This document shows, in pieces, positions 12,306 to 24,260 of a DNA stretch of 34,069 bases (position 1 is the stretch's first letter; each line of letters opens with the position of its first letter). The position numbers were made by a program, and so were the translations under genes. The notes beneath the pieces are model-generated. The model was given only the letters and a program-made list of their open reading frames with translations, ran no database searches and had not been told where the DNA came from. Where the stretch lies: NCBI RefSeq assembly GCF_006345805.1, contig NW_021832204.1, positions 1 through 34,069 of the forward strand, in the 5' to 3' direction. Origin of the DNA: Octopus sinensis (Eukaryota).

Positions 12306-12385
<80 letters not shown>

Positions 12386-12478
12386 GGTATATACGGTAAA
12401 CGTTTTTGATTTTCACACTCGATAAATCATCCCCTTTTTGTGTTCCCAGCACACGGCATCTTAATTTAGGAGCCCTTA

Positions 12479-12543
<65 letters not shown>

Positions 12544-12582
12544 CATATATACATACATACATATATATATGTGTGTGTGTAG

Positions 12583-12867
12583 TGGCGCAATGGCCCAGTG
12601 GTTAGGGCAGTGGACTCGCGGTTGTAGGATCGCGGTTTCGATTTCCAGTCCGGGGGCGTTATTGAGGGCGAAAGCCCTAAAGCTCCACGATGCTCCGGCA
12701 GGGGGTGGTGACGTTCCCTGCTATACTCTTTCGCCACAACTTTCTCTCACTCTTTCTTCTGTTGGCCTGCTCGCTTAGCCAGCGGGGTGGCGTCATTTGA
12801 AGGCTAAAACAATGCGAAGTGCATTGTATAGCAACATCTGATAGCCTTGTCGGTCACGGTGATCACG

Positions 12868-12875
<8 letters not shown>
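12583..12875 (+). mobile_element. tRNA-derived SINE family 2, diverged copy
   Basis: tggcccagtggttagg A box, ggtttcgatttcc B box, tail ggtcacggtgatcacggtgat. Confidence 0.8.
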
Positions 12876-12906
<31 letters not shown>

Positions 12907-12934
12907 TATGTATATATATATATGTATATATATG

Positions 12935-12973
<39 letters not shown>

Positions 12974-12978
12974 GTATG

Positions 12979-13010
<32 letters not shown>

Positions 13011-13335
13011 CAATATATATATAGAGAGAGAGATGGATAGATACGTGCTTTTAAGTATATGTATGTACTAGGCGTACACACAGACACATACGTAAATATA
13101 TGATGCATACATGTGTGTTTGTGTATCAGCATCACCATAACCATCATCGTCGTCGCCGTCATCATCATCATCATCATCTGAACCATAATAACAATCATTG
13201 TCATCACCATCATCATCGTCGTCGTTCTCCTACTCCTCATCTTCATCTTATGAACGGTTTCAATATTTCCAGGTACCCTAAGGCGGTGAGCTTGACAGAA
13301 TCGTTAGCACATCGGGCAAAATGATTGGCAGTATT

Positions 13336-13441
<106 letters not shown>

Positions 13442-13469
13442 GTATGTATATATGTATATACATATATAT

Positions 13470-13620
13470 ACCTTTATTCTTTTACCTGTTTCAGTCATTT
13501 GACTGCGGCCATGCTGGAGCACCGCCTTTAGTCGTACAAATTGACCCTAGGACTTATTCTTTGTAACCGCTAAGTTACAGGGACGTAAACATAACCAACA
13601 TCCGTTGAAAAACACAAATG
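13470..13620 (-). mobile_element. SINE 3' portion with LINE-derived tail
   Basis: Minus strand ggcggtgctccagcatggccgcagtcaaatgactgaaac..aaaagaataaagg. Confidence 0.7.
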
Positions 13621-13729
13621 GAAAACAAGACAAACAACATAAAGAACGACACTTCATCAGTTGTTGGCTGTTTTTCTATTCTCGTAGAGAGTGAAAATGG
13701 AAGATTCGAGAATGTTTATACGTTTATTG

Positions 13730-13784
13730 ATCACTATAATTGTTTCGACCCATCTAGCATCGTAGATGTGTCTCTTCAGGTGAT
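13730..13784 (-). ncRNA. Type I hammerhead motif (orphan)
   Basis: ATCAC CTGAAGA GAC-a-catcta-cgatgc-tagatg-g-GTC GAAA CAATTA TA GTGAT. 5 bp helix I, well-formed helix II, near-palindromic helix III. Confidence 0.7.
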
Positions 13785-13959
13785 TACAAGATATATCTCG
13801 TTAAAATAACGTTTATTCCGCAAGATATATCTCGGTTTGTGTATACAAAAGCAGCAAATTAAGGGTTACAACTTCATTATTATAGAAAATCAATAATAAA
13901 TATCGGATACAAAAAGTAACAAACACACAATACAGCGAAAAAATGTATTACATATACAG

Positions 13960-15500
13960 GATAAAATCCTACGAGATCGACTCACAAGACTTTAGTCGTC
14001 CCGAGACAATAGTAGAAGACACTTGCCCAAGGTGCCACAGATAGGGATTGAACCCGGAAACATGAGGTTTAGAAGCAAAAATTTCCCAAAATGTCGTCAT
14101 TGTATAAACTACTTAATTAGAAACTTCCTGTTTTGCATAAGTTTTATTCTTTCATTTCCAATAATTTTCTTTTTCTTTTTACCGCCCCCTAATTTTTAGC
14201 GTTTCATGTATTTTTAAGGGTGAATGAAAGTGAATGCAATTGGCCGCGATAGATTAAATAAAATGCGCAACAGTTCATTACGTTCTGAGTGCAAATTCCC
14301 CCAAGATCGACATTGCTTTTCATCCTTTCAGGTTCGATAAGATAAGGATCAGTAGAGCACTAGAAGGGAGTGACACGATGTAATCCTGTCAAAATTGCTG
14401 GCCTTGTGTCAGAATTAGAAAGAAATTATTATTCAAGTGGTGAGCTGGCAAAATGTGAGCATGTATGTACATACACACATACACTCATATATATATATAT
14501 ACATATGCATATATATATATGTATATATGTATGTCTGAATGTATGTGTGTGTGTGTGTTTGTAGTGTGTGTGTGTGTGAGTAAGAATTCTTGGAAATATA
14601 CGGCGACATACATAATTCTTTCTTATTTTGGCCTAAGGTCAAAATAAGAGAGAAAGTGGGGTCAAGTCACCTGGCATTATTTTATCAACCCCGAAATGAT
14701 GAGAAAAGCAAAGTCAACCTCGCTGACGTTTGAACTCAGGAAGTAAAGCCGGAAGAAATGTCGCTAAGCATTTTGTCCGTTGCGGTATCGTTTATGCCAG
14801 CTCGCCGGCTTCTTGGTAAAGACCTTCTTCGGCCACGAATGACCACGGAAAGTTGTTTATGAAAGACCAGCAGTCGCTCATGCATATCAGTCTCCCCTCT
14901 CCTCGTTACGGATGTTATCCAAGGGAAAGGCAAAGGGGCTATTACAGCTTGGCACCAGCGACGTCGCAACTCATTTCTACAGCTGAATGAACTGGATCAA
15001 CGGGAAATAAAGTATCTTGACAAGCCCGGTCTAGGAATCCAACTCACGTCCTCACGATTGTAAGCCTGACGCTCTAACCATTGAACCATGCGCCATGTTG
15101 AATACATTAATAATTACTTAAAAATAAGTTAGAAAATGGAAGTATCATTTGTTTTTGCCTGTTTGTTTGTTTGAGTCTTTCTTTTTTTTCTTTCCTTCCA
15201 TAAAAATTTAAAATATCTGGTTTTTCGAACGGAAGATATATAAGTAACACTTTTATATCTCGCCGCCTTTAGTTATGTGTTTATTCAAAAGAAATTTTAA
15301 TTAAAACTTTATTTTACGCCCCATTTTAAAGTAACCCTTGCCCCACTGAAATGTTACTATATTTTTTTCTACTCTAGGCACAAGGCCCGAAATTTTTGGG
15401 GCGCGAGCCAGTCGATTAGATCAACCCCAGAACGCAACTGGTATTTAATTTAACGATCCCGAAAGGATGAAAGGCAAAGTCAACCTCGGCGGAGAAACGT
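13960..15500. mobile_element. Cluster of degenerate tRNA-derived SINEs (about 5 pieces: ~13960-14080, 14240-14430, 14660-14812, 14820-15097, 15360-15495)
   Basis: Recurrent gcaaagtcaacctc / tttgaactc / ctctaacca..atgcgcc motifs shared with better-preserved copies. Confidence 0.6.
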
Positions 15501-16252
15501 TACTATATTGCCCTATCCCCATCCACGATGGGGCATTGCAACCTTAAGAGACACTATTATACAGTCTTTCAATGTCTTTTCTTAAATCGTTGTATCTCAT
15601 TCCATTTGCACTAATTACAAATGCATTGATGGACACATTCCTTAATTGTTATAATGCCTTTTTAATTAATTAACTTACTAACTAATTAATTAATTCAACA
15701 GCTAAATTGGTGTAATTGATTTGCTTTTCAGCTCGATTTTCGCATTACAACAACTGGATCTTGATAAATTTCTTCCAACCACTTCAAGTTTTTCAAATTT
15801 TCACAGGTTATTTTTTCAAAAAATGTATTTCTCTTGTAGCTTTGCATGTTGGTGCCTCGTTGCATGTTATTAATTACATTCGAATTAAATCAGTCTCCAA
15901 CTTTTAGCGAACTTACGACCTCCAGCTTACTTACTGGGCATCGCAGATTGATATTAAATATACTTACGGCGGCAATCTAGATAATGAGCGGCATCTAATT
16001 TGTCTTTACGCTCTGAGATCAAATTCCGTTGCGGTCGACTTTACTTTTCATCCTTACAGAGTTGAGCGCTGGTGCCGATGTAATCGACTTAAACTCTTCC
16101 TCCGAAATTGCTGGCCTTATTTCAAAATTTGAAACCGGTATAAAATGCGCTTCCACTTTTCTTATGGTAAAACTGTAAATAAAGGTTTGAAGGGAAAACA
16201 AGTGGAGAAAGAATTGGTTACCAAAGTTGCTATTCTTTGAAATGTAGTACTG

Positions 16253-16606
16253 ATGTCGACGACAACGACGAGAGATGACGCTCCTGCTGCTGCTGATGGT
16301 GGTGGTGGTGGTGGTGGTGGTGGTGGTGGTAGTGGTGGTTATGAAGATGATGATGATGAAGGTGATGGTGGTAATGATGATAATGGTGATGATGGTGATG
16401 GTGATGATGATGATGATGATGATAAGGATGATGATGATGACGATGATAATGGTGGTGGTGATGAAGGTGATGATGATGATGATGATGATGATGATAATGC
16501 TGCTGCTGCTGCTGCTGATGATGATGATGATAAAGATATGATAAAGATGATGATGACGATGGTGGTGGTGGTGGTGATGATGATGATGATGACGATGACC
16601 TTGTAA
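16253..16606. repeat. Compound trinucleotide repeat (GGT/GAT/GCT)n
   Basis: Directly visible. Similar tracts at ~13125-13250, 17466-17690 and 20056-20200. Confidence 0.9.
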
Positions 16607-16854
16607 GTGCTTGAAAAATCGTGAGTTCGGTAAAACTTCCCATCCTCGGAGACTGGCTTTAATTTAAGTGTTATTGATAGCACTCAACAAGAGGGAACCT
16701 CTTTGGTCAGCCTCAGGCGAGGAAATACTCGTAAACTGTTCTGGGGCACGATATGTCGTCCATTTTTTTTAGACGTTACAGTGTAGTTTAAAGAAGATTT
16801 GGTTGCTATTTCTCGTTATTCCTTTATTTGTACAGTGATGATCTTGTATAACAT

Positions 16855-17010
16855 CAGACAGGCAGCATGTTCCGTAGGATATTTGCTGTTCCAGAAGTAT
16901 TATCTTTTGCAAAGTCGTAATGCTAAAACTGATTCCAACTGTGTCAGAGTGTTTCTTAAGGTTTTTCGACACCGACCCAAGTGTTCAAATCACAAATGTC
17001 ACCCCTGTTG
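16855..17010 (-). pseudogene. Extreme C-terminus of an RLE-type non-LTR retrotransposon
   Basis: VI*TLGSVSKNLKKHSDTVGISFSITTLQKIILL, then with a frameshift GTANILRNML (typical LQK..LLGTA.ILR ending). Confidence 0.65.
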
Positions 17011-17804
17011 CTTTCATATTCTGCTTTCTCTCGATATCTATTCTCAAATCTGCATATTTTACAATTTTCTCAGTTTCTTTATTCGTTATTCTCATTTTCT
17101 TTATTCTCAATTTTTGTTGTAATGCTCTCCAGACCAAGCTACATCATTCAGCTAACAAACAGCCCCTTATAGTGCCTTTCCCCATCGAAGTTATGCCTGG
17201 CCTGTTATGTTCAAGAGCTCTCACTCTCTGGATTGTGAAGTCCCACAAAGGACGTTTTACAAATTCCAGTTACAAAAAAACAACAGCAACAACAATAAAA
17301 CACAGTGATTTCCCAGAATCGTGTCTTTCGGCTTACTGATGCATGGTGACTGCGTGTCTATACTCGGGCCATACTCACTCTGCACACCGACTTTTGAAGA
17401 AATTTCCTATAGAGCAACGCCTAGCGCATTAGCCCCCATCCTGCTCCCTCTACCAAGAATTAAATGAAGAAGAAGAAGAAGAAGAAGAAGAAGAAGAAGA
17501 AGAAGAAGAAGGTGGAAGTACCGTGTGTATAGGGAAACCAGAAGCTACAAGCTCATGGTTGCCGCCATGACCACCACCGTCACTACCACCACCACCACTG
17601 CCACTGTTACTGTCACAGCTGCCATCACCACCGTTATCACCACCACCATCACCGCCACTGCCACCGCCACCGCCACCGCCGCCACCATCGCTCATACACA
17701 GTCACGCTTGCGTCCAAATGAAATCAGATTGTCAGATTGTTTATATACTACTTAAGTCTTCTGCATATCGATAGCTGAAGAAAGAGATGTATTGTGTGTG
17801 TGTG

Positions 17805-17852
<48 letters not shown>

Positions 17853-17948
17853 CATGTGTGTATAAGTATGTATGTATGTATATATATATATATATGTATA
17901 ATATTCATATACACATGTTCATATACGTGTGTGTATATACATACAAAT

Positions 17949-18018
<70 letters not shown>

Positions 18019-18513
18019 GTGCATATATGCATACATACACGCACATGCGCTCACACACACATACACACACACACACTCTCTCTCACACATACTCAAACAC
18101 ACGTAAATCAGGCGAAGTGTTGCTGGTTTTATAGTCATAATCATCAGATCAATCAATACATGACTGGGAATAAAACGTGATATAAACATCCATCGCCTGT
18201 TTGGTAACTTCAAAAGTACAGATATAAATATAGACTTATCGATACTAACGTTAAACAAATCAATGTGGAAGAACTGTAGAGTCCGCATCAGCTTGTTTCA
18301 TTACCGATATCGCCTTTGCCAAGATAACAAAAACATGAATAAATAGATAAAATTTAGAAAAAAAATATATGAAAGACAAAGGGAAACTTTGGGAACTTGT
18401 GTCAACGTAGAAGCTTTGCCGTGATCGTTTCATCTCCTAGAAATGGCGATCATATCTCACTCAATTCACGTACTATTGTGTGAGATGGATTGGATTGGAA
18501 CGGCCATATTGTG

Positions 18514-18722
18514 TATGAGAGGCGCTGAAAAGTTCCTGGCTTTGGATAAAAGAAAATGCAAAAGGATCAGTTGATTATGATTTTATTCGGCGTATTCCCT
18601 TCTCAGATTCACACATTTATTGCAGTTTTTCTAAGCCCTGTAAAAAATCTCGGAAGACTGGGCCTCCAACCAGACCTTTCGCGACACCCTTGGAGCCAGG
18701 AGCTTTTCAGCACTCCCTCATA
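18514..18722. mobile_element. Mariner-derived MITE
   Basis: ~28 bp TIRs tatgagaggcgctgaaaagttcctggct / agccaggagcttttcagcactccctcata with TA at both ends, 209 bp. Confidence 0.8.
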
Positions 18723-19110
18723 AATGTAGTCCAAGATACACTATATCTGAAAATAGACATCTAAAATGTTTGGAAGTGGTATCAACGAAGAATATTTATA
18801 CAAATTTCCCTCAAATGATATCCTATAATCCGAAGTTTTTATGGGTTACATTGTATAAATGTAGTCCAACGTACACTATATCTGAAAATTCACTTCTAGA
18901 ATTTTTGAAAGTAATAACACCGAAGAAGCATCACCATTATGCTAGACTTCGTAAAAATGACAGCTAAATCTCCCTCAGTTGACATCCTGCTATCTTAGAA
19001 ATACATAAAAGGGTTGAAAAGGACATATTTTATAAGTGTAGTCCTTGATACACTATACCTTAGAATACACACATCTGGAACTTCTGGAATTTGTATCAAC
19101 GAGGAAGCCT
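18723..19110. repeat. Degenerate tandem repeat (3 units, ~135-175 bp spacing)
   Basis: Repeated tgtagtcc..tacactata.ct.aaa..ca..tct.gaa. Confidence 0.55.
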
Positions 19111-20231
19111 TTTCGTAACCAAATCTTACTAGGAATTTTAAAGATCATTTAGACTAATTTTAGATAGAAGGTAAAACAGTGTCTATGATTTATTGTAAGG
19201 CTTCCGAGGCCGGTGGAAAAGAAGGGAGAAATGAAGGAATGGAGGAAGCGATGGAGGGGGAGGGGGAGTAAAAGATCCTGAAATCAGAGACCAACTATAA
19301 TGTGGACTCTAGTAAAGGTGCCTAAGGGTTAAGAACCAAGTAGTGGGGTCAAGAACCAAGTAGTAGGGTCAAACCAAGAGACAAATTAAGTCTACCACAC
19401 GAGTAAGCCTCGGCAGGATTTGAACTAAGAACGGAAAGAGCTAGAACAAATGCCTCAAGGCCTCCGATTCGACCTTTTTACTGTTCCACCGATCCACTGT
19501 CTTGGACTGCTATTTTTTTTTATTAGTGACCGCAAGAAAGATGTAAGGCAAAGTTGATCTCGCCGTGATTTGAACTCAGAAGACAAGGAGCCAGAATAAA
19601 TACCACAAGGCACCCGGTTCAACATTCTTACAGTTCTGCCAATCTATATATATATCATCTTGTATAGGATCATTTTTATCGATGCCAAAAGGCAATGTTG
19701 ATCACGGCATGACTCGAACTCAGAACACAGCGAGTTAGAACAAAACCGCATATCGTGAAGCATCTTGTACGACGCTCTAATAACTATGCTAATTTGCATA
19801 AATGAATTCCTTGATACACTAAATCTGAAATTACACATTTAGAATACCATTGGTCATAGATGTGTTAGGTTCGGCTTCGTAGTTAAGAAGTCTACTTCTC
19901 AATAGCTTGGTTTCGGGTTCGATTTCGTGGTGCGATGTTTTGGCCAAGTGTCTCGTAACCAGAGTTTTGAGTCGACCAAAGCCATGCGAGTGGAAATGGG
20001 TTATCGTCCTTGTTTCTAGGTGAGAGACTTCATCCGTTTGCGCTGTTTTATACGGCGACGATGACGACAATGATGACGACGACCATCATCACCACCATCA
20101 TCACCGTCATTGCCATCATTACCATCATCGTCATCATCATCATCATCACCGTCATCACCGTCATCACCACCATCTCCCATTACCTTCATTATCGCCATTA
20201 CTGCCCTCTGACTTACCTTTGTAATGCGCAT

Positions 20232-20703
20232 GGTGAATGTGCATGGTCTAGTGGTAACGATGCTCAGCTGAAGATCATTCGGTCACGGGTTCAGTTCCCG
20301 GAGCGGGTCGGTCGTTGCGTTGTGTCCTTGAGCAAAGCCCTTCATTTCACATTGACTCCTACTTCCTCAGCTGTAAATGAGTAACTGGCTCTCCGTCGGT
20401 TACGACGAGTGTTCCAGTTGATCCGATCAACAGAACAGCCTGATCGTAAAATTAACGTGCAAGTGGCTGAGCATTCCACAGACACGTGTACCCTTAACGT
20501 AGTTCTCAGGGAGATTCAGCGGAACACAGAGTATGACAAGACTGGCTGTTTGAAATACAGGTGCCACTCATTTTTGCCAGTTGAGTGGACTGAAACAACT
20601 TGAAATAAAGTGTCTTGCTCAAGTACGCATCGCGCCGCCGGGAATTGAACTCACGACCTTGCGAGCGTGAGCCGAATGCCCTAACCACTAAGCGACGCGC
20701 CTT
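20232..20703. mobile_element. Two convergent SINEs: + strand copy with CORE-like domain (~20232-20550) and - strand head (~20550-20703)
   Basis: A/B box-like heads, and the gtgtccttgagcaa..tcagctgtaaatg CORE-like block. Confidence 0.65.
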
Positions 20704-20802
20704 CATTTCGTGATTACATACGAGGAACTTAATCAATTAATGAAAGCAAGGTACATGTTACGAATCACAGCTGGCCTTAATTTACCATTTTCCCTTTCTT
20801 AT

Positions 20803-21032
20803 TTCTTTACTGCCCACAAGGGGCTGCACATAGAGGGGACAAACAAGGACAGACAAACGGATTAAGTCGATTATATCGACCCCAGTGCGTAACTGGTACT
20901 TAATTTATCGACCCCGAAAGGATGAAAGGCAAAGTCGACGTCAGCGGAATTTGAACTCAGAACGTAGCGGCAGACGAAATACGGCTACGCATTTCGCCCA
21001 GCGCGCTAACGTTTCTGCCAGCTCGCCGCCTT
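20803..21032 (-). mobile_element. Full-length tRNA-derived SINE, family 1
   Basis: Head aaggcggcgagctggcagaaacgttagc..gttctgagttcaaattcc, tail gtcccctctatgtgcagccccttgtgggcagtaaagaa. Confidence 0.85.
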
Positions 21033-21237
21033 CCTTTCGTGACCATTCAGTATCTTTGCCATTGTATCTAGAGTTTTCCCTTTCTATTTCTTCTTAATCC
21101 TTTGCCGGTCCTGTGTATCACGTGCGGCACTCAGGACATATTTACCCGATGTCCATGCATTATATATGATACACATTACTAATATACATTTTCGATCACC
21201 AGAGTAACTTGGAACTTATCAAAAGAAAGCTTTATAT

Positions 21238-21512
21238 TACAGTTCTATATTTAAGAGATGAGGAATAATGTGCATTATTTACATTATTTACATTCCACGG
21301 ATATTTGTCCTCATCTTGTTTATTAACACAACATTTCGACTGATATATCATCTAGCCTTCATCAGGTGTCTTGGGGAACCTGGGTTCCCATTCCTAAGGT
21401 ATTCTTAGATGTTGTTGTTGTTATTATTATTATTATTCAAATCACTGCTTGGAATCGAACTCGGAATCTTAGGGTTAGTAGCCCGCGCTCTTAACCACTA
21501 CGCCATATGCCC
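21238..21512 (-). mobile_element. tRNA-headed SINE-like unit carrying a hammerhead motif
   Basis: A box TGGCGTAGTGG, B box GAGTTCGATTCC, (AAT)n(AAC)n linker, then the HHR at 21326-21369. Confidence 0.7.
21326..21369 (-). ncRNA. Minimal type I hammerhead motif
   Basis: ACAC CTGATGA a GGCT-agatgatatatc-AGTC GAAA TG T T GTGT. Helix I ACAC/GTGT. Helix III ATGT is one transition from palindromic ACGT. Confidence 0.7.
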
Positions 21513-21853
21513 AGAATGTATGAAACGCTCAGAATGTATGAAACAAGGAGTTGAGGGAAATGATTCGACACAGTAGTATTGTGTTTAGCCCTTTACCAGT
21601 CTTGTGTATCACGTGTGATACATAGGACATATTCTCTGGCGTCTCTGCATTATATATGATACGCAGAACGTGTGAACCAAGGGTCAATTAAAAAGTCTGA
21701 AAATCTGAAAATGAACATGGACATTTAGGAAAAACTTATGAAAGTGCTTTCAATAGACGGGACATACTTCCCTGGTATCCATGCATCATATATGATACAC
21801 ATTACCAATATTGTTTTTCAACCACCAAAATAACTTGGGACTTATGAAAGGAA

Positions 21854-22105
21854 GTGGAGGCGCGTGGTTTAGTGGTGTCAGAATCATGATCGTAAGCTTG
21901 TGGTTTCGATTCCTGGACCGGGCGATGCGTTGTGTTCTTGAGCAAAACACTTCAATTCACGTTGCTCCAGTCCACTCAGCTGGCAAAAATAAGTAACGCT
22001 GCGATGGACTGGCGTCCCATCCCGCTGGGGAACACATGCGCCATGGAAACCGGGAAACCGGGCCCATGAGCCTGGCTAGGCTTTAAAAGGGCGCATTTAT
22101 ATTTT
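21854..22105 (+). mobile_element. Full-length CORE-like SINE with 12 bp TSD
   Basis: TSD ttatgaaaggaa at 21842-21853 and 22106-22117. A/B boxes and gtgttcttgagcaaaacact block. Confidence 0.8.
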
Positions 22106-22569
22106 TTATGAAAGGAAAGCTTTATATTACAAAAGACAAATCTGAAAGCAAACATATATAACGTTATTTTATCGACCCCGGGAAACAATCGACAACGTTG
22201 ACCTAAGCGGGATTTGAACTCAAAACTAACTAGAGTAAACTACCACGCGGTATACTGTCTGTGGCTCTGACGACTTTGCTGGTTCGCCAGTTTTGAGCAA
22301 AACTATGATTAACAATATTCCAACCATGGCCATCCTGTAGGGATGTCTTGAGTGTGAAAATATATGGATGCATATAGGTGAATGTATGTCTACAGATGCG
22401 TTTGTATATGTGTGTGTTTGTGTGCATATATATGTGTGCATGCACATGTATGTGCATGTGGGTGCATTTCGGCGTATCCACTTATATTTACTATATTAGG
22501 TTTATCTTTGTGCTCTTCTTAATTTGTATTCCATTTTATTTATCTATTTATCTATACATGGATATATAT

Positions 22570-22603
<34 letters not shown>

Positions 22604-22608
22604 ATATA

Positions 22609-22640
<32 letters not shown>

Positions 22641-22759
22641 TACAAAAGTAAATATATGGCACAACGAAGTACCGATATTACTGGAAATAGCGAACGTAAT
22701 AATACGACGCTAATGTATAGCTTCACCGCGTATGTACTAGCAAAAATGCGTGTGTGCAA

Positions 22760-23530
22760 CAAACTAGAAAAAATTGTCTTACGCGACCTTTCATGTACAT
22801 GTTGCTAAACTGGCAATGAAATGTAGACGGCTAGCTGGATGGATTCTTAGAACCTTTAGAACAAGAGAACAAGAAACCATGATGGTCCTCTGGAAGACAC
22901 TTGTCCTAAGCCACTTTGACTATTGCTCTCAGCTATGGTCACCATCCAGTGTCAAGTTGATCACAGAACTTGAGGCGATCCAACGAAGCTACACGAAGAA
23001 GATAGCCTCTGTGAAGCATATGAGCTACTGGGAAAGACTCAAGAGATTAAAGCTCTATTCCCTGGAGCGTAGGCGAGAAAGATACGCCATAATATATATC
23101 TGGAAGATCCTGGAAGGACTTGTCCCAAACTTTGGCATCGAGAGTCACACAAATGCCAGAACCGGGCGCCACTGCGTAGTACCAAGGACTCCAAATTTTC
23201 CATCAAGATGTAGGACAAGATATTGTGATAGCCTGGGCTTCAGAGGCCCACAGCTCTTCAATATCCTCCCCTAGAACCTGAGGGACCTGCATGGTGTAGA
23301 TGCGGATGTCTTTAAAGTAGGACTGGATCTCTTCCTGTCAGGTGTCCCGGATGAACCAACTTCACGGCAGGAGGTGCAGATGAGGGCAGCTGCATCGAAC
23401 TCTCTCATGCATCAGATGGCATTTGCTAAAAAGCATCCGTGAGGTAAAATCGTGTAGCAAACCAAATGGCGGTGCCCCAGCATGGCCACAGCTCATTAGC
23501 TGAAACTGGAAAAATCAATCAAAATCAATC
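22760..23530 (+). mobile_element. 3' end of a CR1/L2-group LINE with 3' UTR and (AATC)n-like tail
   Basis: ORF 22774-23274 (FDYCSQLWSP, LKLYSLERRRERY, GPQLFNILP) continues in frame past a TAG to TGA at 23440-23442. Confidence 0.9.
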
Positions 23531-23559
23531 ATATATATATATATAATAAATTAATAAAT

Positions 23560-23801
23560 AAAACATATACCTATATACGTACATATATGTACGTACCTAC
23601 CTCTGCATGTATATATACACGCATATATGGGTACAGGACAGCAAAAAAACGTCGAACACAATGAGAAACGAAAACATAAACACAAAACCAAGGAACTGGA
23701 CATTTTTCTTAAACAACAAAAAAGTAGAGTACAGGACAAATAACACAAGGAAAATTCCCCTTCTTAAGTCGCCATGGTTTCATCTACTCTACGTTTCGAA
23801 G

Positions 23802-23805
<4 letters not shown>
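23560..23805. repeat. Interspersed repeat fragment bounded by (TA)n
   Basis: Non-simple sequence between two TA tracts. Family not identified. Confidence 0.35.
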
Positions 23806-23882
<77 letters not shown>

Positions 23883-23934
23883 ATATATATATATAATATA
23901 TATATATAATATATATATATAATAAATACAATAT

Positions 23935-24109
23935 ATGTATTTATTTGCTACTATTGGTTTCATGTGCTGAGAGCATGTCAAGTAGTGTTTTTTTAACTCG
24001 TCTGGTGTCCAAGCATAATCATCAGGCACTACTAGGATACCATATGTGTTAAAAAGCACTGTTTGGCATGCTCTCAGCACATGAAACTAATAGCAGCACA
24101 TAAATACAT
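23935..24109. repeat. Foldback/MITE-like element with ~60 bp imperfect inverted arms
   Basis: atgtatttatttgctactattggtttcatgtgctgagagcatgtcaa vs ttggcatgctctcagcacatgaaactaatagcagcacataaatacat. Confidence 0.75.
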
Positions 24110-24218
24110 ATATTGTATCTATTAAACGATATCGATCTATCACCAGATGGAGTACTTCTTTGCTGATCTTACAATTACAGCCCAATACAATATATATTAT
24201 ATATATATATATAATATA

Positions 24219-24259
<41 letters not shown>

Positions 24260-24260
<1 letters not shown>

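Larger units (their letters stand above)
10616..12307 (+). mobile_element. 5'-truncated Penelope-like element with inverted pseudo-LTR and 3' tail, inserted in (TA)n
   Basis: ~310 bp inverted arms 10616-10926 / 11931-12238, a 69 bp tail on the 3' side only, an HHR motif in each arm, and an ORF C-terminus directly after the left arm. Confidence 0.75.

Noticed and set aside
16230-16683. Poly-Asp/Gly/His ORFs
   Set aside because: Trinucleotide repeat open in several frames, with no splice or codon evidence for an exon
21440-21512. Possible bona fide tRNA gene (also other SINE heads)
   Set aside because: A and B boxes are present but I could not close an acceptor stem or find an oligo-T terminator, and they continue into SINE bodies
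23740-23805. GAAACGTA followed by a CTTAAGA/AGGGG on the minus strand, possible permuted hammerhead
   Set aside because: Core mutated, helix I does not close, and the 5' side is lost in (TA)n
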